The position numbers and the translations under genes were made by a program. Source: Azolla caroliniana (lineage: Eukaryota; Plantae; Polypodiophyta). Taken from it: a stretch of 64,000 nt of DNA. The DNA lies in the NCBI GenBank assembly GCA_043228905.1, contig JBHGNT010000011.1:18290001-18354000 (forward strand), read 5' to 3'. Under the pieces are notes generated by a model, which searched no databases, was not told the origin of the DNA, and was given only the letters and a program-made list of their open reading frames with translations. Shown piece by piece: positions 1 through 13,585 of the stretch (positions are counted from its first letter, which is position 1; every line of letters begins with the position of its first letter).

Positions 1-705
1 CATTGATCTAGACATTCATCACCATCAGGATTTCTGCTGATCTAAACATTCAGAGAACCATTTATGCGTGCCAACTTTTCCTATAATTTATTCTTTGAAA
101 ATTCAACCATCAGCCACGAGAACCTTAGAGCCTTTAGTAGTGTAAGTTGTCTTTCTGAGAACGAATTACAAAGCTATGGGGCAAATTTTTGTGGGACAAA
201 TTCTTGCTGGTGCAGATGAAAGAAACCCCGATGGTCAGAATGACAGTATTGGTTCGTCCTACAGAAGGCCCGTGTCTGATGATTAACTCTGTGAAGGAAG
301 TTCTTTCGTTCATCCATTCTTTCTTTCTTCAGGAAGAAATATCCAGAAAAGAGAGATATTATAATGCTCTCTGATCTCTATCTTCTGCTTCACCATCATT
401 GTATCCGGTAGCTTATACTTCCTTTTCTGCCTTTTCTGATATCTCTGTATTGCTGTTTTTTCTTCATCATCATCATCTAAACCTGAGACTAATTCTGCGT
501 CATCTCTCTTATCATCCCCTCGCCATATTCTCCATTACTATTTCTTCGCATCGCCTTCATTTTCTTTCTCCTTCAATATGAGTACAATGTTATAACTTCT
601 ATCCTGACTTAGTGTGTATTCACCTATTATAATACACACGCTAGAACTAAAGCCATAGCTAGCATAGCTTCATGTAGTCCCGTAGTTGGTCTGCAGATCC
701 TTGTA

Positions 706-3700
706 ATGGTAAGGAGGTCTGGGTCCAAGAAAGAAAAACCTCTCCATCGTAGTTATTTTGTTCATTTGAAACGTCATATCCATCTCCATCTCACACATCG
801 TGGTCTGTACCATCCATACATCCATAATAACAATAAGATTATAAGAATGAAACAAGCACCAGAATTCGCAGAAGCGAGCTCCTCAGCAGATCAACAAGGT
901 TTTATGAGAGAGATTTCCATGCTACAAAAATCTCGTTCGTTGAAGGATCCATCTACTTATACTAATAGTCCTTCACGAATTAGGTCTGCATCTCTGAAGC
1001 TAAAAAAGTTTGGAAAAACATCAAAATTAGTTCCGCATTCTTCTTCTCCATATGAAATTAGGGAAGCAGATAGAACTGTGAATAGTAAGCCTGAATTAGA
1101 TGAACTGAATTCTAGCGAAAGAGAAGGATCATGGCTTGAAATCAACCCTGCGGATGGGAAGAAGATTAATGTGGAAGAAGTTGCTTCGAATGTTTTGTAC
1201 AGAGAAGAATTAGTAGGAAATAATTCTCGTTTATTCAATGCAATCAAGAGATTAGAGATTGGAAGGCAAGATTTAGGTTATACAGATCTTCTGTCACAAA
1301 GAGGCGTCGGCATGTATGGAATGTCTACAGCGAAGAAGAGCGATGAAGTACTCAGCTTGGAAAGTGAGAGAGAAAGACAAGCTTTTGCAGGTTCTGAATC
1401 ACTTTGCACCGATAAATGAAAATCAATGTCTTGGGGTTGTGAATTTAGTGGCCAGAAACCAAAATAAATGGTTTTATATGGTTGTGATTTCTCTAGATAT
1501 AAATCAAAATCGATGGTTTTTGGCTGTGGATACAGTGGCTATAAACTAGAATCAATTGTTTTTGTTTGTTTGTTAATTCTCTAGATATAAATCAAAAGAG
1601 ACTGTTTTTTTATGGCTGTGGCTACAGTTACTATAAGCCAAAATCAAGAGGTTTTTTAGCTCTGGATTTAGTGCTTGTGTTTATAAACTAATATCAATCG
1701 TTTTTTGGTTTTGTATTTAATAATACATAAATAACCAAAAACAACGGCATTTGCAGGTTGGGAATTCTCTACTGGTAAATCAAAATCGATGGCTTTTGCA
1801 GGTTCTGAATTATCCGCTGGTAAAGCAAAATCAACGGCTTTTGCAGGTTGTGCGTTATCTGCTGGTACATCAAAATCTGTGGACTGTTTGCGTGTGAATC
1901 AAAATCAAGGGTTTTGTCTCACCTATCAATCAAAATCAGTGGTTTAATTTGCAGGTTTTGAATCTAATATTGGTAAATCCAGATCGAGGATCAAAGGTAG
2001 CACTAGAAGGGCAAGGTTAAGGAAGAACAGAAGGCCTCGATCTCCTCCTACTAATTCTCGGGCTCGTATAATAAGGTCTACCCATGAAGAACGGAATTGG
2101 ACATCGTTAACTAAGGCAAATAGCGGATTAGCACAGAAAACACGTGATGAGCTCGAAATATCTGAGCTTTCTCACAATGGATGTGGTTTACCTTGGATCA
2201 ATTGGTCGAGAATTCATATGAAAGGAAAGAATATTCCTCGAAATAATAATATAGTTAGTGGAAATGTCTCTTGTGCTACCTCAGAGCTTCTTCATATGAG
2301 AAGAAGAGGTAAATCACTTCGTATGAGCTCTTCAGAGGATAATTCTATGCCTTGCACTACATCAGAGTTTTCGGATAGCTCCTTTAACACAGACTCGGAT
2401 AGCTTTCCATTGCTTGAACGGTGCAATATCCCCTCTGAACTTGCCAGTGTTGCAAATGAAGAAGAAGTGGTCACGTCCCCATCAGGACATAGCTTGGTTC
2501 TCAGAGGTAAGTATACCTCTCAGAGTGTAATAAGTGAAAAATATATGCCAAAAACATTTCAACAGATTGTTGGCCAAGGTTTAATCACACAAGCTCTCTC
2601 CAACTCTCTCTCAAGAGGGCGGATTGCAAAGTTGTACATCTTTTATGGTCCTCGGGGCGTAGGGAAAACCTCATGTGCCCGAGTTTTCTCTATGGCTTTG
2701 AATTGTGTTTCCATGGATAAAACTAGACCATGTGGTTCTTGCACCCAATGTTTACTAGCTCAAAAACATGGAAAAACTTGTCCTTTCATGGAGCTATCCG
2801 TGAGTGGAATGGGAGGCTCAAAAGGAATCAAGCAGTTATTTCATGAGATTTCAAAACCTGTACCATTGAAATATAGAGTTGTTATTGCAAATGAATGCCA
2901 TATGTTATCTACCCAGTCGTGGGATGTTCTTATGAAAGTTGTGGAGAATACCCCGAGAAATGTTGTCTTTATCCTTTCTACGAGTAGCTTGGAGAGGTTG
3001 CCTCATTCAATTATCTCATCAGGGTATCAGAAATTCATCTTCTCGAAAATCAAAGAAAGTGAGATCCTCAACAGGTTAAAGATGATTGCAGAATGTGAGG
3101 GTTTTGAGGTTGAACTTGATGCCTTGAAGTTAATCGCTACATCATGTGATGGATCTCTTAGAGATGCAGAGACTATACTTGATCAGCTCAGTCTCCTCGG
3201 TCACAGAATTCCCTTGGCTATGGTTCAAGAACTGGTAAGTTTTCTTGTTAAAATCTATAAATGTAGCATCGGTTTTTATGAAACTTCACTATTTATGTGA
3301 TTATTGAGACCGGTTTAGACAGGGCAAGTTTTACTGTACTAAATTACAGAAATAAACTTTATCAAAGAAATAGGTGAACTGTTGGGATCAAGGAGCCTAT
3401 TCTCCTTGATGCGAGTGGAGTGGAGTGGAGTGGTGTGTGTGTTTGTGTGTGTGTGCATGCGTGCACGTAAAATACTAGGGATAGATTCATTGTATATTTG
3501 GAAGTACAACTAGAAAAATGCACACATTAGCTTACTGATAGGAAAAACTTATGTTCTGTGACACCCCATAAGACAGCCAATAGCATAAAATACTAGGGAT
3601 AGATTCATTGTGTATTTGAAAGTACAACTAGAAAAATGCCCACATTAGCTTACAGATTGGATGAAGACTTATGTTCTGTGACACTCCATAAGACAGCGAA

Positions 3701-6633
3701 TAGTAAATTCGCACATTTGCACCCCATAAGGCCCACATTTGCACCAATAGGGAATCTCAATTTAAAACATACTCACGTATTGGTTGCAACATGGACTATA
3801 TTCTCTGTAAATTCTCAAAAGAAAGTAAATTGTATAGGCTTCTATAGCCAATCAGATTGTGAATAAACCACTTTGCTCGTGTGTCTGTGGTATTTATGGT
3901 TTCCATACACAAATAGAACTTGCAACAATTCCTCAAAAATACAATATCTTGTGTATGTTTAAATAGCCCAATTGGATTATGGATACTTCTAAATACCAAA
4001 GAACTCTGATCTTGAACAATCCAACCAAACATAAAATGTATTTGTAATTTTGTTGCTTATTTTACTGTGGCAGATGGGATTAGTTCCAGATGGACGACTG
4101 TTAGATTTGCTGGATTTTGCTCTATCTGCTGATACTGTAAACACTGTTAGGAACTTGAAGGAATTGATGACATCCGGAGTTGATCCACTCAGTCTTATGT
4201 CTCAGCTAGCATGTCTAATCACAAGCATTCTTGCCGGTGGGTATAAGATTCCTCAAGGAAGATGTCGCAGAAGGTTTTTCCGAAAGAATGAATGTAAGTG
4301 GCAGATTGTTTTCCTTAAATGCATCTTTTGCCTGTTTCAGATCAAAAGTATATATAAAAGACGTGTGAACGCAATGCTCATAATCTATGGAGAATGTGTA
4401 CTGTTTATTTGTTGAAACTGTTTTCTTCAGCATCTTGCCATCAGGAAGTTCCGAAAACAAAATCTCAATTTCTGCAAAGCCTCCTTCAATGCAAGAACTG
4501 TGGAAATGAAAGTTCACCTATTTAAGATATGTATATGGAGGGGAACCTGGTGAAGCTTATTATAATGCAGCTATATACCATAGATTATGTATAACCTATG
4601 CATCAATGTATGATGTTTTTACAGCAGTTCATCTGCTTAAAATGCCATATAAGACCACTTACCACCTTGGTTTTCTGATATTATATGTGATCTATGAATG
4701 CAATGCATTATATTTCTAGAGTATTACAACTACTAGTATGATATTATACAGGGACGGAGAATTCACTAGCCTTGTGTATTTCTTGTAGTAGGAAAGGAAG
4801 GCATGGAACAGTTACGGCAAGCATTGAAGACACTTTCTGAAGCTGAGAAACAACTTAGAGGCACTTCAGACCAAACCACATGGTTAACTGCTGCATTGCT
4901 TCAATTTGCTCCAGATCATTCTTACCTCCTTCCAAGTCCATCTTGGAATACAAGTTTCACCCCAAGCTCAGGAGGTTTAAATACTACAAATTTTACTCCA
5001 GGTATGAATTTATTTACTCAAAAAAATGTGGATATTTCTCAATCTGAACCATGGCCTGGATCTGGAAGAGTTTATAATTCAATTTCGGATTCAGGTGATA
5101 ATCATCCCGTAGAAAATCATCATCAAGTCCCACAGATGAAAAATATGCAATCAAGGGGCAGAGAGTTTAATCATATGACCATGTGGAAAACTAATATAAA
5201 TAATGTTCTCGAACTAGAGGATCTATGGCAAAGGATCCTAGATGCAGTGCATTCTAGTAATTTGAGGAAGTTCTTGCAATCATATGGAAAGCTATCATCA
5301 CTCTCGCTTCAGAAAGGTATATATTACTTCCCAATTCTTTTTGCATCTTTTCAGCTCTTGGAGTTTCAATCATGATTCATTATTTTAATTTCAGGTTTGG
5401 CTTTAGCAGTGTTAGAGTTCCATGAATTGGACAATATTTCTAGAGCCCAACGATCAAAAGCTAGTATAGCACATGCTTTTGAAGTGACCCTTGGATGCCC
5501 AGTAGATGTGAAGATGCAATTTGTTTCCAACATAGAAGGGGAAATGAAAAGAAAGAGCTTCTCTAGAGACCTATCAGCTACACTTTGTAGTAACTCCACA
5601 TTGAATAATCTTAGCAGCTGTCCAGCAGTTAATGGAGACATGGATGGGAAACATAATAATGATGATGATGATTTTGGAAGATCATCACAGTTAGGAACGC
5701 ATAGTAGAAAGCACCGATCACATGAGCTGTACCGTGATCGCGAAGGTCCTTCTATGTCACGGAACTTGTCAGGGACAATAGAAATAGTGGAATTAGGCAA
5801 GAGTAATGGTATGGCAAAGCACAATTCTGATGAGAAACTAGAGAATGCGTGGGTTGAAGGAGCATCACGAAGCAATGTATTAATCGGAAGCTCTTCTGAA
5901 AGAGGTCAAGGAAAGGCTCATCATAACTCAAGGATGACGAATAGCACAGGTAGAAACCACCCAGGAAGCCTTGGTTTTGCAATTCAAGAGGTTGAGGATG
6001 GTATGGAAGATGTGAGTGACGTGCAAGGCCAACCTTGTAGGCACCAAAGGCCCACAAACTTGGTATGTGGTGGTGCCATTGCTGATCATGGAATAGCTAC
6101 CCAACTGGAAGAAGAAAACCTGTAAGTTTGAGATGGGCATTTGCTGGTTGTTTTGGACAAAATACCCTTAGGTTTTCAAGTTTTACAGACGTAGAGAAAA
6201 TTCCCTTGACATTAACTAGAATACAGCTACACTCTCGTTTTTGTAGTATAGGTGTATTCTGGTATTATAGACGGGTATCTTGTATTTTAGAGGAACGTTG
6301 TGATAAATGTCAGAAAACTAGGGTATTCTGGTCTTTTTCCAGTCGTTACTAAGTTATCGATCTTGTTAAGCTTGGAAATTGTGCATGATAATCAAGATTT
6401 TCTTTACATTGCAGTCGCTTAGAATCAAGGTCCGGTAGACTTCAATGTTGGCATGGAAAAAATGATGAGGTAAAATTTTAAACCTTTGTAAACGGGTCTC
6501 CATCCTTTCAGCAACTTTTGTAGGCTAATATTTTCATTTTGCTTGATTTAAGGTGAAGCAAGTAGAAAACAATCCGCGAAGATCCGGACTTATTTGGAGA
6601 TTTTGTTCATGCGGAATATCCAAGTATTCTTAA
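706..6633 (+). CDS. STICHEL-like protein (DNA polymerase III gamma/tau / clamp-loader AAA+ domain), ~1191 aa
   Basis: N-terminal HLKRHIHL...LQKSRSLKDPS and GCGLPW..WS motifs, Walker A GPRGVGKT, Zn module LNC..PCGSCTQC, DGSLRDAETILDQLSLLG, TTWLTAALLQ and C-terminal LRLESRS..LQCW. Phase-consistent GT-AG exons: 706-1390, 1955-3234, 4074-4293, 4789-5316, 5395-6121, 6415-6469, 6553-6633 (3576 nt). Splice sites are manual calls. Confidence 0.9.
1378..1980 (+). repeat. Degenerate ~45-bp tandem array (~14 units) forming STICHEL-like intron 1
   Basis: Recurring AAATCAA..GG(C/T)TTTT.. unit. TTTGCAG|GTT copies end at 1390, 1756, 1801, 1846 and 1954; the middle three are exactly 45 bp apart. Confidence 0.85.
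3468..3703. repeat. Intronic tandem duplication, ~119-bp unit x2
   Basis: taaaatactagggatagattcattgt...cataagacagc occurs at 3468 and 3587. Confidence 0.9.
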
Positions 6634-9399
6634 CTTGTTCCTCTCCAAAGGTTGCATATATATGTCTATATATAGGGCATTCCAGTGGGTGTTGACATTC
6701 ATTGTTTGAGGTTTAGACTCTAGAACTCAAAATGTTGCCTAGTTAAGCATATGCACATACCCCTCAAATTCTTTTAAAGTTCTCATAGTGGGCTATCTCA
6801 TTGTGGCCCAATGGCATTTTTTGTAGTGAGGTAAATTCTTGTAATATCACTCATCCTTACCAATGATTGAAGATAGGATATTCCTCCCATGGCTTGCCTC
6901 ACAACAATCTTTTGTGGATCTAGTGATTTCGATCTCATTTATGTTGTAATATGTATGGTTAGATTTGGCAATAACCATTGGTGACGTTCTCAAAGTGGAG
7001 GTGGTTTGGGAATTTGAATGGAAGAACAATGTAGGGAGGGAGGTAAGCACTTGACTCGTCATGTAGGGAGGGAGGTAAGCATTTGACTCATTAAGAGTAA
7101 TTTAGTCAATAAATGTTCTTTAAGTTGCTGAATTTTAAAAAATGCAATGATTTAGAAGAAACATAAAAAAGTTGGGATGAAACTATATCATACACCACAT
7201 CACTATCTTGGCCTAGGGTAGTTAAGTACCTTGTAAAGCACAAAATGTAGGTTCCCAAAGATATTGATGCAATACTATTTCTTCTTCTTTTTTCCAAAAG
7301 AAAAAAAAAACTCCTTCCGACCCAATACTATTTCACAAAGATATATTTATGTCAATGTCTATTTATAATGTTTGAGCTTCCTCGAGAAACTAGATCCTTT
7401 TGATAGTATATCACTTCGTACAATATTTGCACACACACCTTGAACCATAACATGTGAGCTTATTTACATTTGAATCTTAATTACTATAAGATGTTGTAAA
7501 TTGTTAATGTAAGAACTCTAGTTAATGTTTTGGGTGCAAAACTAAGATTTGGCTCAATGTAAGAAAATAGGTGAAACTACTGAAATATGTTATATGTTAA
7601 TTTACAAGAATTCAAATTTTATTTTGGTAACTATAATATTGAATTTTTTAAGTATGTAAAAAGTGAGCATGTCCCAAGTAGCCAACATGGAAGCAAAATT
7701 AACTAATAGGCCTCTAATTAGAAATGGATGCCTCCTAATTGAGGAAACTAGAAGCATAATTTACTATTGTTCATTTGTGATCAGGAGTATCAATGAAGAT
7801 GTATACGTAAGTTTGAGAGTGAGCAAGCATATTGTTCAAGGTTGTGATACATACAAGTATATTTCAGTCAATTTTGCTCATTTATGTGTTTGACACATGC
7901 CCTTCTTTCCCATCTTTCCAATTCCCCTATTTGTAACCTACCCCTAATAATCTTTGTGCATATAATAAATATCCTTATTTAGTACTACCAAAGTTATTGA
8001 TTTTCAAGTGACTTTTTTTCTATTTGAAAACTATTACACCTGCCTATGGTTTCTTGTTTGGTATACAACATGTTCATCTAATCTTGCTAATGCATTCATT
8101 GCATGTAATGGCCTTGGGATACTAGGTGTAATGCCCTTTTTCTTATCATGGTAAGGCATGGCAAATAGACTCCACCTTAGCTCTAGAGGATTCCTAGGGC
8201 ATTGGTCTAGCAATATTGTTCGATTCATGTTGAAACTCTTTTGTCAAGTTTGTGCCCTTGGTAAGATTGTGCATACCATCTCCTCAATGTAATTTCTTTC
8301 TTTGGTATTTCTCACTATCTTGTTTGTAGTCTACTCGTATTGTCCATAGGTTGAATGTCTAAGACTTCAATGCTTTCTACGGCTGAATGTTATTTACATA
8401 ATTGTTCTATAAGATAAAGAGCACGTTAAAGACTCATTTCCTTTTACCAACGTCATAGATGGAATCTTGTTGTAAATAATCTACTCCAACTTTCTTGATT
8501 TGGTATGTTTAAATGGCTTATTTAATTATGTCCTACCAAGTATTAATCTTTTCCACATTATATATATCATGTGCATACAAAATCCTCCATTAGTTTTCTT
8601 TTCTTAACTATGGTTTTATTGGTTTTGGTTTGTTTTCTTCTTTTAGAAAGGCAACTCTTTCAAGCTTCTTTCCAACATTTGTCTTGGATTTGTTTGTTTT
8701 TGGGAAGAAATGCTATTTCTTTCCTCGCTTTCTTTTCCAAATTCCCAAAACTAAATCCACTTTTTCTTTTGTTCCAAAAAGCAACTATCCTTGTAACAAA
8801 GTCATCGTGTTTTGGAAAAAAACATAGGAAAGAAATGGAGGCAAGTTCTCCTTCCCTTTCTAACTTCCAAGTCCAAAAAAATCAAACAATTGACAAGGTC
8901 AAAGAACTTGAAAGAAATGTTCTTACCCTACAACTCTAAAGAAAGGAGTGGCATTGCTTTCTTTAGTTAGAATGACCAACCTCATAAACATGAAACCCAT
9001 GGCTCATTGATCACCGTCAATTTTCAAATGAACATTATGGATATAAAAATGAACACACCTCATTGGGTCTCCTTCTAAATATGTCCCACATGTAAACAAT
9101 TTCTAGATTGTAACATCCTACTTTAAAAAGCAAATGTAGACAACATCAACATGACTTTTTTGTACCTTGATTTTTTTTTGCTACAAAAGGTGTCATGTAC
9201 ACATTATTAAGGAAGCAACTTGTTATCGATGATATCGAATGCCAAAAATAGTTGTCGGGCTCCTTACCTTTTAGACATGGAGTTTGCCCTCGAGACAGAC
9301 TCCCTTCTAAGCCAGACTTGATACTCTCTCTCTCTAAAGCTACCAATAGTGGGATGCCCTCTAAACACAATGGTGTGCGTGCATGTATGTGAAAATATA

Positions 9400-9530
9400 G
9401 AATGACATTAATTGCAATTGAATTGGTAGTACGGTAATTTAGTGTCACCACTACGAGATAGAGGGACATGTGGAATAGTTGGTAGTCAAGAACACCCTTC
9501 GAAGGAGAGAATCTCCACTTCCTCCCCAAC
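9400..9530 (-). mobile_element. 3' fragment of the L1-like family seen at 49.3-49.96 kb
   Basis: Reverse complement (aagtggagattctctccttcgaagggtgttc...) resembles 49795-49890 and lies close to a (CT)n/(CA)n tract. Confidence 0.45.
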
Positions 9531-9545
9531 TTCTATAGATATATC

Positions 9546-9579
<34 letters not shown>

Positions 9580-9649
9580 ATTGCAACATTTATTAGCAAA
9601 GTACATATCTATACCATTGAGAACCGTTACTCATATGCACATATATTAA

Positions 9650-9720
9650 GTGAAAAATGTATTATTTTTGTCTCGTAGGACATATTTGACCTCTAAAGTC
9701 AATACTAAATTCTATCTCTT
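9650..9720 (+). mobile_element. Short 3'-end fragment of the RTE-X-like LINE
   Basis: aaatgtattatttttgtctcgtaggacatatttgacctctaaagtcaatactaaattctatctct matches the LINE 3' end at ~43290-43355. Confidence 0.7.
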
Positions 9721-11161
9721 TATCGGTTAGTTTATCAAAATATACTGTGTTTATCTCAAGACAAGTGTATTAGCATCTTCCTCTTCATGTGATGTTCTTA
9801 TTAACATGGATATTACAAGACTAGCATGGCAATTCAATTGCTTACCGTCATTAACGTGTTTTTACGAAACGAGAGAAAATGATTATCTTTATCTAATTGC
9901 TCGCATACATGTTGACCAAACACTTGGTTGTAGTTCAAATAGCCTCCAATGAATATAAAAGATGATCAACTAGATATCCAATATTCTCAACAAACTTCAA
10001 GGTCCTCACCTACATCTCTATAACTACTCCACAGTGATTGTACAAATAAGACATGCCCATACAATTTCTGAATAATACGAGTGGCATGTAAAAGTCTCAT
10101 GAGACAAACATAAGTTCAATAGTGTGTGTTATTTATTTATTGGCCTACAACAATAATTAATCGAAATTTAAAAATTTTCTTTGGGAGAAAATAGACCATC
10201 GGGCCTACGTGACACTTTATTGCATTTGAGTATATTATTTTTCTCTAGTTGACGCCTTTCCTTATGCTTCATAGAACAAGCTCATTTACTTCGAGTTGTC
10301 ATAATAGCATTGCATTGCAATATTGTCGATGTTCTAACATGATTGTTGCAAATTTTTATGCAAAAGATACTTGCAAAGTATCTATCTTTGCTAGGTCATG
10401 GATCATATCGATTCCCACTTTGAAGTAATCTATTCTTACTGGATTAAAGTTTTCCATCGAATATATTTAACAATAAATTTTTGGTATGATAGTCGCACAA
10501 AACAGACACGATTTTATTTAAGTATACAAACAATTATATTGGATACAATGCCAGCTACAAAATGTCCACAACATTGTCGCATAGTTAAGAGAAAAGAATT
10601 GATATCATAATAAATGTTAAATGAACACACTCTCGCATTTGAGTGTCCCTCTAACTCTTCATGAGATCAAAATTTGTGTGTAGTATTCTTCATTAGAAAG
10701 GAATGGAATAAAAGACTAGGGCTGGATTGTTTTTAATTCTATTTTATTTAAATTTATGGCATGTAATCGAGACGACACGTCCTTTTGATCTTTAAAATAC
10801 TCGCACTTACTTCAACAATAAAAGGTCTAAAGAATGCTTCTTGTTCGTTCATTTAAGTACATTTAAAACATTTATGTAGACTATGAAAAGTTATAGCAAT
10901 GAGTTGGTCATTATTTTCTTTAATATGTTATGATTCATTTGTAGAATTTATGGTATTTCGGGTCCTAGAAGCAACATTTAAAGTCACATGACCATCTCTT
11001 ATGGTTTAGGTTTGTGATAATCCTCACTCACCTTCTTTGTGTAGGCCATCTATCAAGGACATAAAAAGAGAGAAGTTCGAGTATATCTCACATGGCCCAA
11101 ATCTGGTCGTCTTGTAGATTGTCTTACACTTCTTATCCTTTATAAAAGTCATCATCTTTAA

Positions 11162-11192
<31 letters not shown>

Positions 11193-11344
11193 AGCAGACC
11201 AACATGAGGAACAAACTCAAAAGAGTAAAGTTGGATAATATATCTCTTCATTCCTATAAGACATTTTGCAATAAATTGAAGAGAAGCATGCATAAAATAT
11301 TGTGCACACAGAAGTAATGATGTTCATATGCACTCTTCAATGAC

Positions 11345-11635
11345 ATTTTGCATCACTTCCTAAAATGTTTGAATTTAGAATTAAGAATTAATATACACAA
11401 CTACAATCTTTTGTAGGACAACACTTGTGAAGTTCCTAGCAATAATACCCGGTTAAGAACATGAAATAAAATGTTATTTATTTATTGATTGATTTTGCAT
11501 CGCTTCCTAAAATGTTAGAATTTAGAATTAAGAATTAACATACACAACTATCTTTTGTGGGACAACACTTGTGAAGTTCCTAGCAATAATACCCGGTTAA
11601 GAACATGAAATAAAATGTTATTTATTTATTTATTG
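11345..11635. repeat. Tandem duplication, ~146-bp unit x2
   Basis: attttgcatc(a/g)cttcctaaaatgtt...tgttatttatttatt is repeated head to tail. Confidence 0.9.
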
Positions 11636-13300
11636 AGAGTGATATGTTTTGTATGTATATCATGATGAACCATAGAGTGGGTGATATATTTTGTTAATGA
11701 GTCGCATCCACATTCCAACAAGAGTTTCTATGTGATAGTTTTTTTTGTCTACAATTGTCTCCTCTTCTTATATGTGAAGATAAACGTTGATATTCCCTTG
11801 TAGGACTCGAATATATCTTCTTTTGTAATCTGACACTTTACCTATGTCCAATGAATATCGATCAAACATTGTAAACTTGTCACATTCACGATAGGGATGC
11901 TTTTGGCCAAACGTCAATCTCATCGATAATTTCTTATTTGATTTAGATATCCAACAAAAACATTACAATATATATATATATATAATCAAACAAAGCATCT
12001 TGAACATCACTTTCTTTTAAGACATTGCCCAATGTTATTTAACCGACTCTTATTTGAATTGGTTACTTTCTTTACAGTGCCATGTTAATAATGTGTGTCA
12101 CCTTACAAGTATTGTCCCGCTTATCGATAAGGCGTTGAAAGACATAAAGATTTTATTAGAGGTACTCGACAACCATGGTCTTACTTTACTAAAATAATCA
12201 TGATGGAATCTCACTTCTCTATACGATCTTTCTATTGTGACTCCATAAGGTCTACATCTATTAGAGGGGAAAGTTAACACGATGAGACGGAGTTGATGCC
12301 ATAGATGATGGGAGGGACACATGCCCATAAGAAGTTGAATTTTTCCTATGATTGTTATGATATTTGAAATCAAACATAATTGATTATTACTTTTCATATG
12401 ATATTAAGAGTTGCTTCAAGTGAGTTCCAAATACAGTTGACAATTTGCCAAATGGGACTAATGAGCCGAAACAAAGATAAAGATTCCGTGACAATAGAAC
12501 ACCTTTACCACATTCCTTGTTGCTACACCACGACAGAACCCATGATGAGCGTGTACACTTTTGCATCTTCACTTTATAAAACCATAGAAAGAAGGTCAGA
12601 GAGGAAGTTATAAATGATGCAAGCAACAAATGCGTGCTTAAAAATATAGTGCCAAAGATTGGTCGAGCAAATGAACCCACCAACTTCATCACTCAAAAAT
12701 CACACAAAATGTCTAGAGAGAGACTAGAATAAATTACATGGGGAAGCAATGCAACACATTGATGATATTTAAACATTTGACTACGAGTGGTCTCCACTAT
12801 GGAGCAATACTATTAACACACATTGAAGACCCATGTTCACTCCACTCACTCAGAAACTTATAGAAGTTTGGAACCCTTTTTTTTTATGTTTGAGAAAAGG
12901 GTTAAGGTGTTCATTTGAGTAGGTAGATGGGCACAATGCAAAAGAGTATTGGAGAAGGAGATTGAGAATGTTTATGAGTATGTGGAGGAGAAAACAATTT
13001 CTTTTTTTCTTCGCTTCCTTGAAAAGGAAGGGAACCCCGTCATGGAAGGTGGAGTTTTCTGCCGGAAAACTTATGAGGAGATATCGAGGTCGAGAGCTAG
13101 AAGCAAGTTTCGATTAGAGCCGGAAAACGGACAAGAGACTTGTCAAGAAATATGGTTTTTAAAGAGGTGGGGGCGAAGCTTGTAATGGGGACTCAGATTA
13201 GTTTCTTCTCGACCAATCTCCGAAATTCGGTCGCATGAGTTTGCTTTATTAGTTCCTCCACAGTGAGAATCGGAAAGGATGAAATTCGGGTAATGGGAGA

Positions 13301-13337
<37 letters not shown>

Positions 13338-13375
13338 AGAGGGTTTGAGGAGATATAATGGAGAGGACATCCATC

Positions 13376-13585
13376 CGACGTGGCGGCCGCGGATGGCCAG
13401 AGACGGGCTCATCCACGTGGCAAGCACCCCGGTGGACACGTAGGATGAGACGAAAAAAGCAAGTGCCACGTCAAGATGGCAACAAAAGAAAACATTGATT
13501 GGCTAGGGCTCATGCTGTTCTCTCTCTCTCTGTCTCTCGCTTAATTAAATTTATTTAATTTAGTTCATACAGCTGTCCACGTCAC
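13376..13585. promoter_or_regulatory. Cluster of ACGT-core (G-box/ABRE-like) motifs
   Basis: GACGTGGC, CCACGTGGC, GACACGTAG, GCCACGTCA and CCACGTCAC within ~210 bp, in an otherwise CpG-poor context. Function not shown. Confidence 0.35.

Noticed and set aside
1378-1980. Regularly spaced repeat as a CRISPR-like array
   Set aside because: Eukaryotic context, whole units are homologous with no unique spacers, and there are no cas genes.
2218-3300. Bacterial dnaX-like ORF as recent horizontal transfer
   Set aside because: It is an exon of an intron-containing plant STICHEL-family gene.
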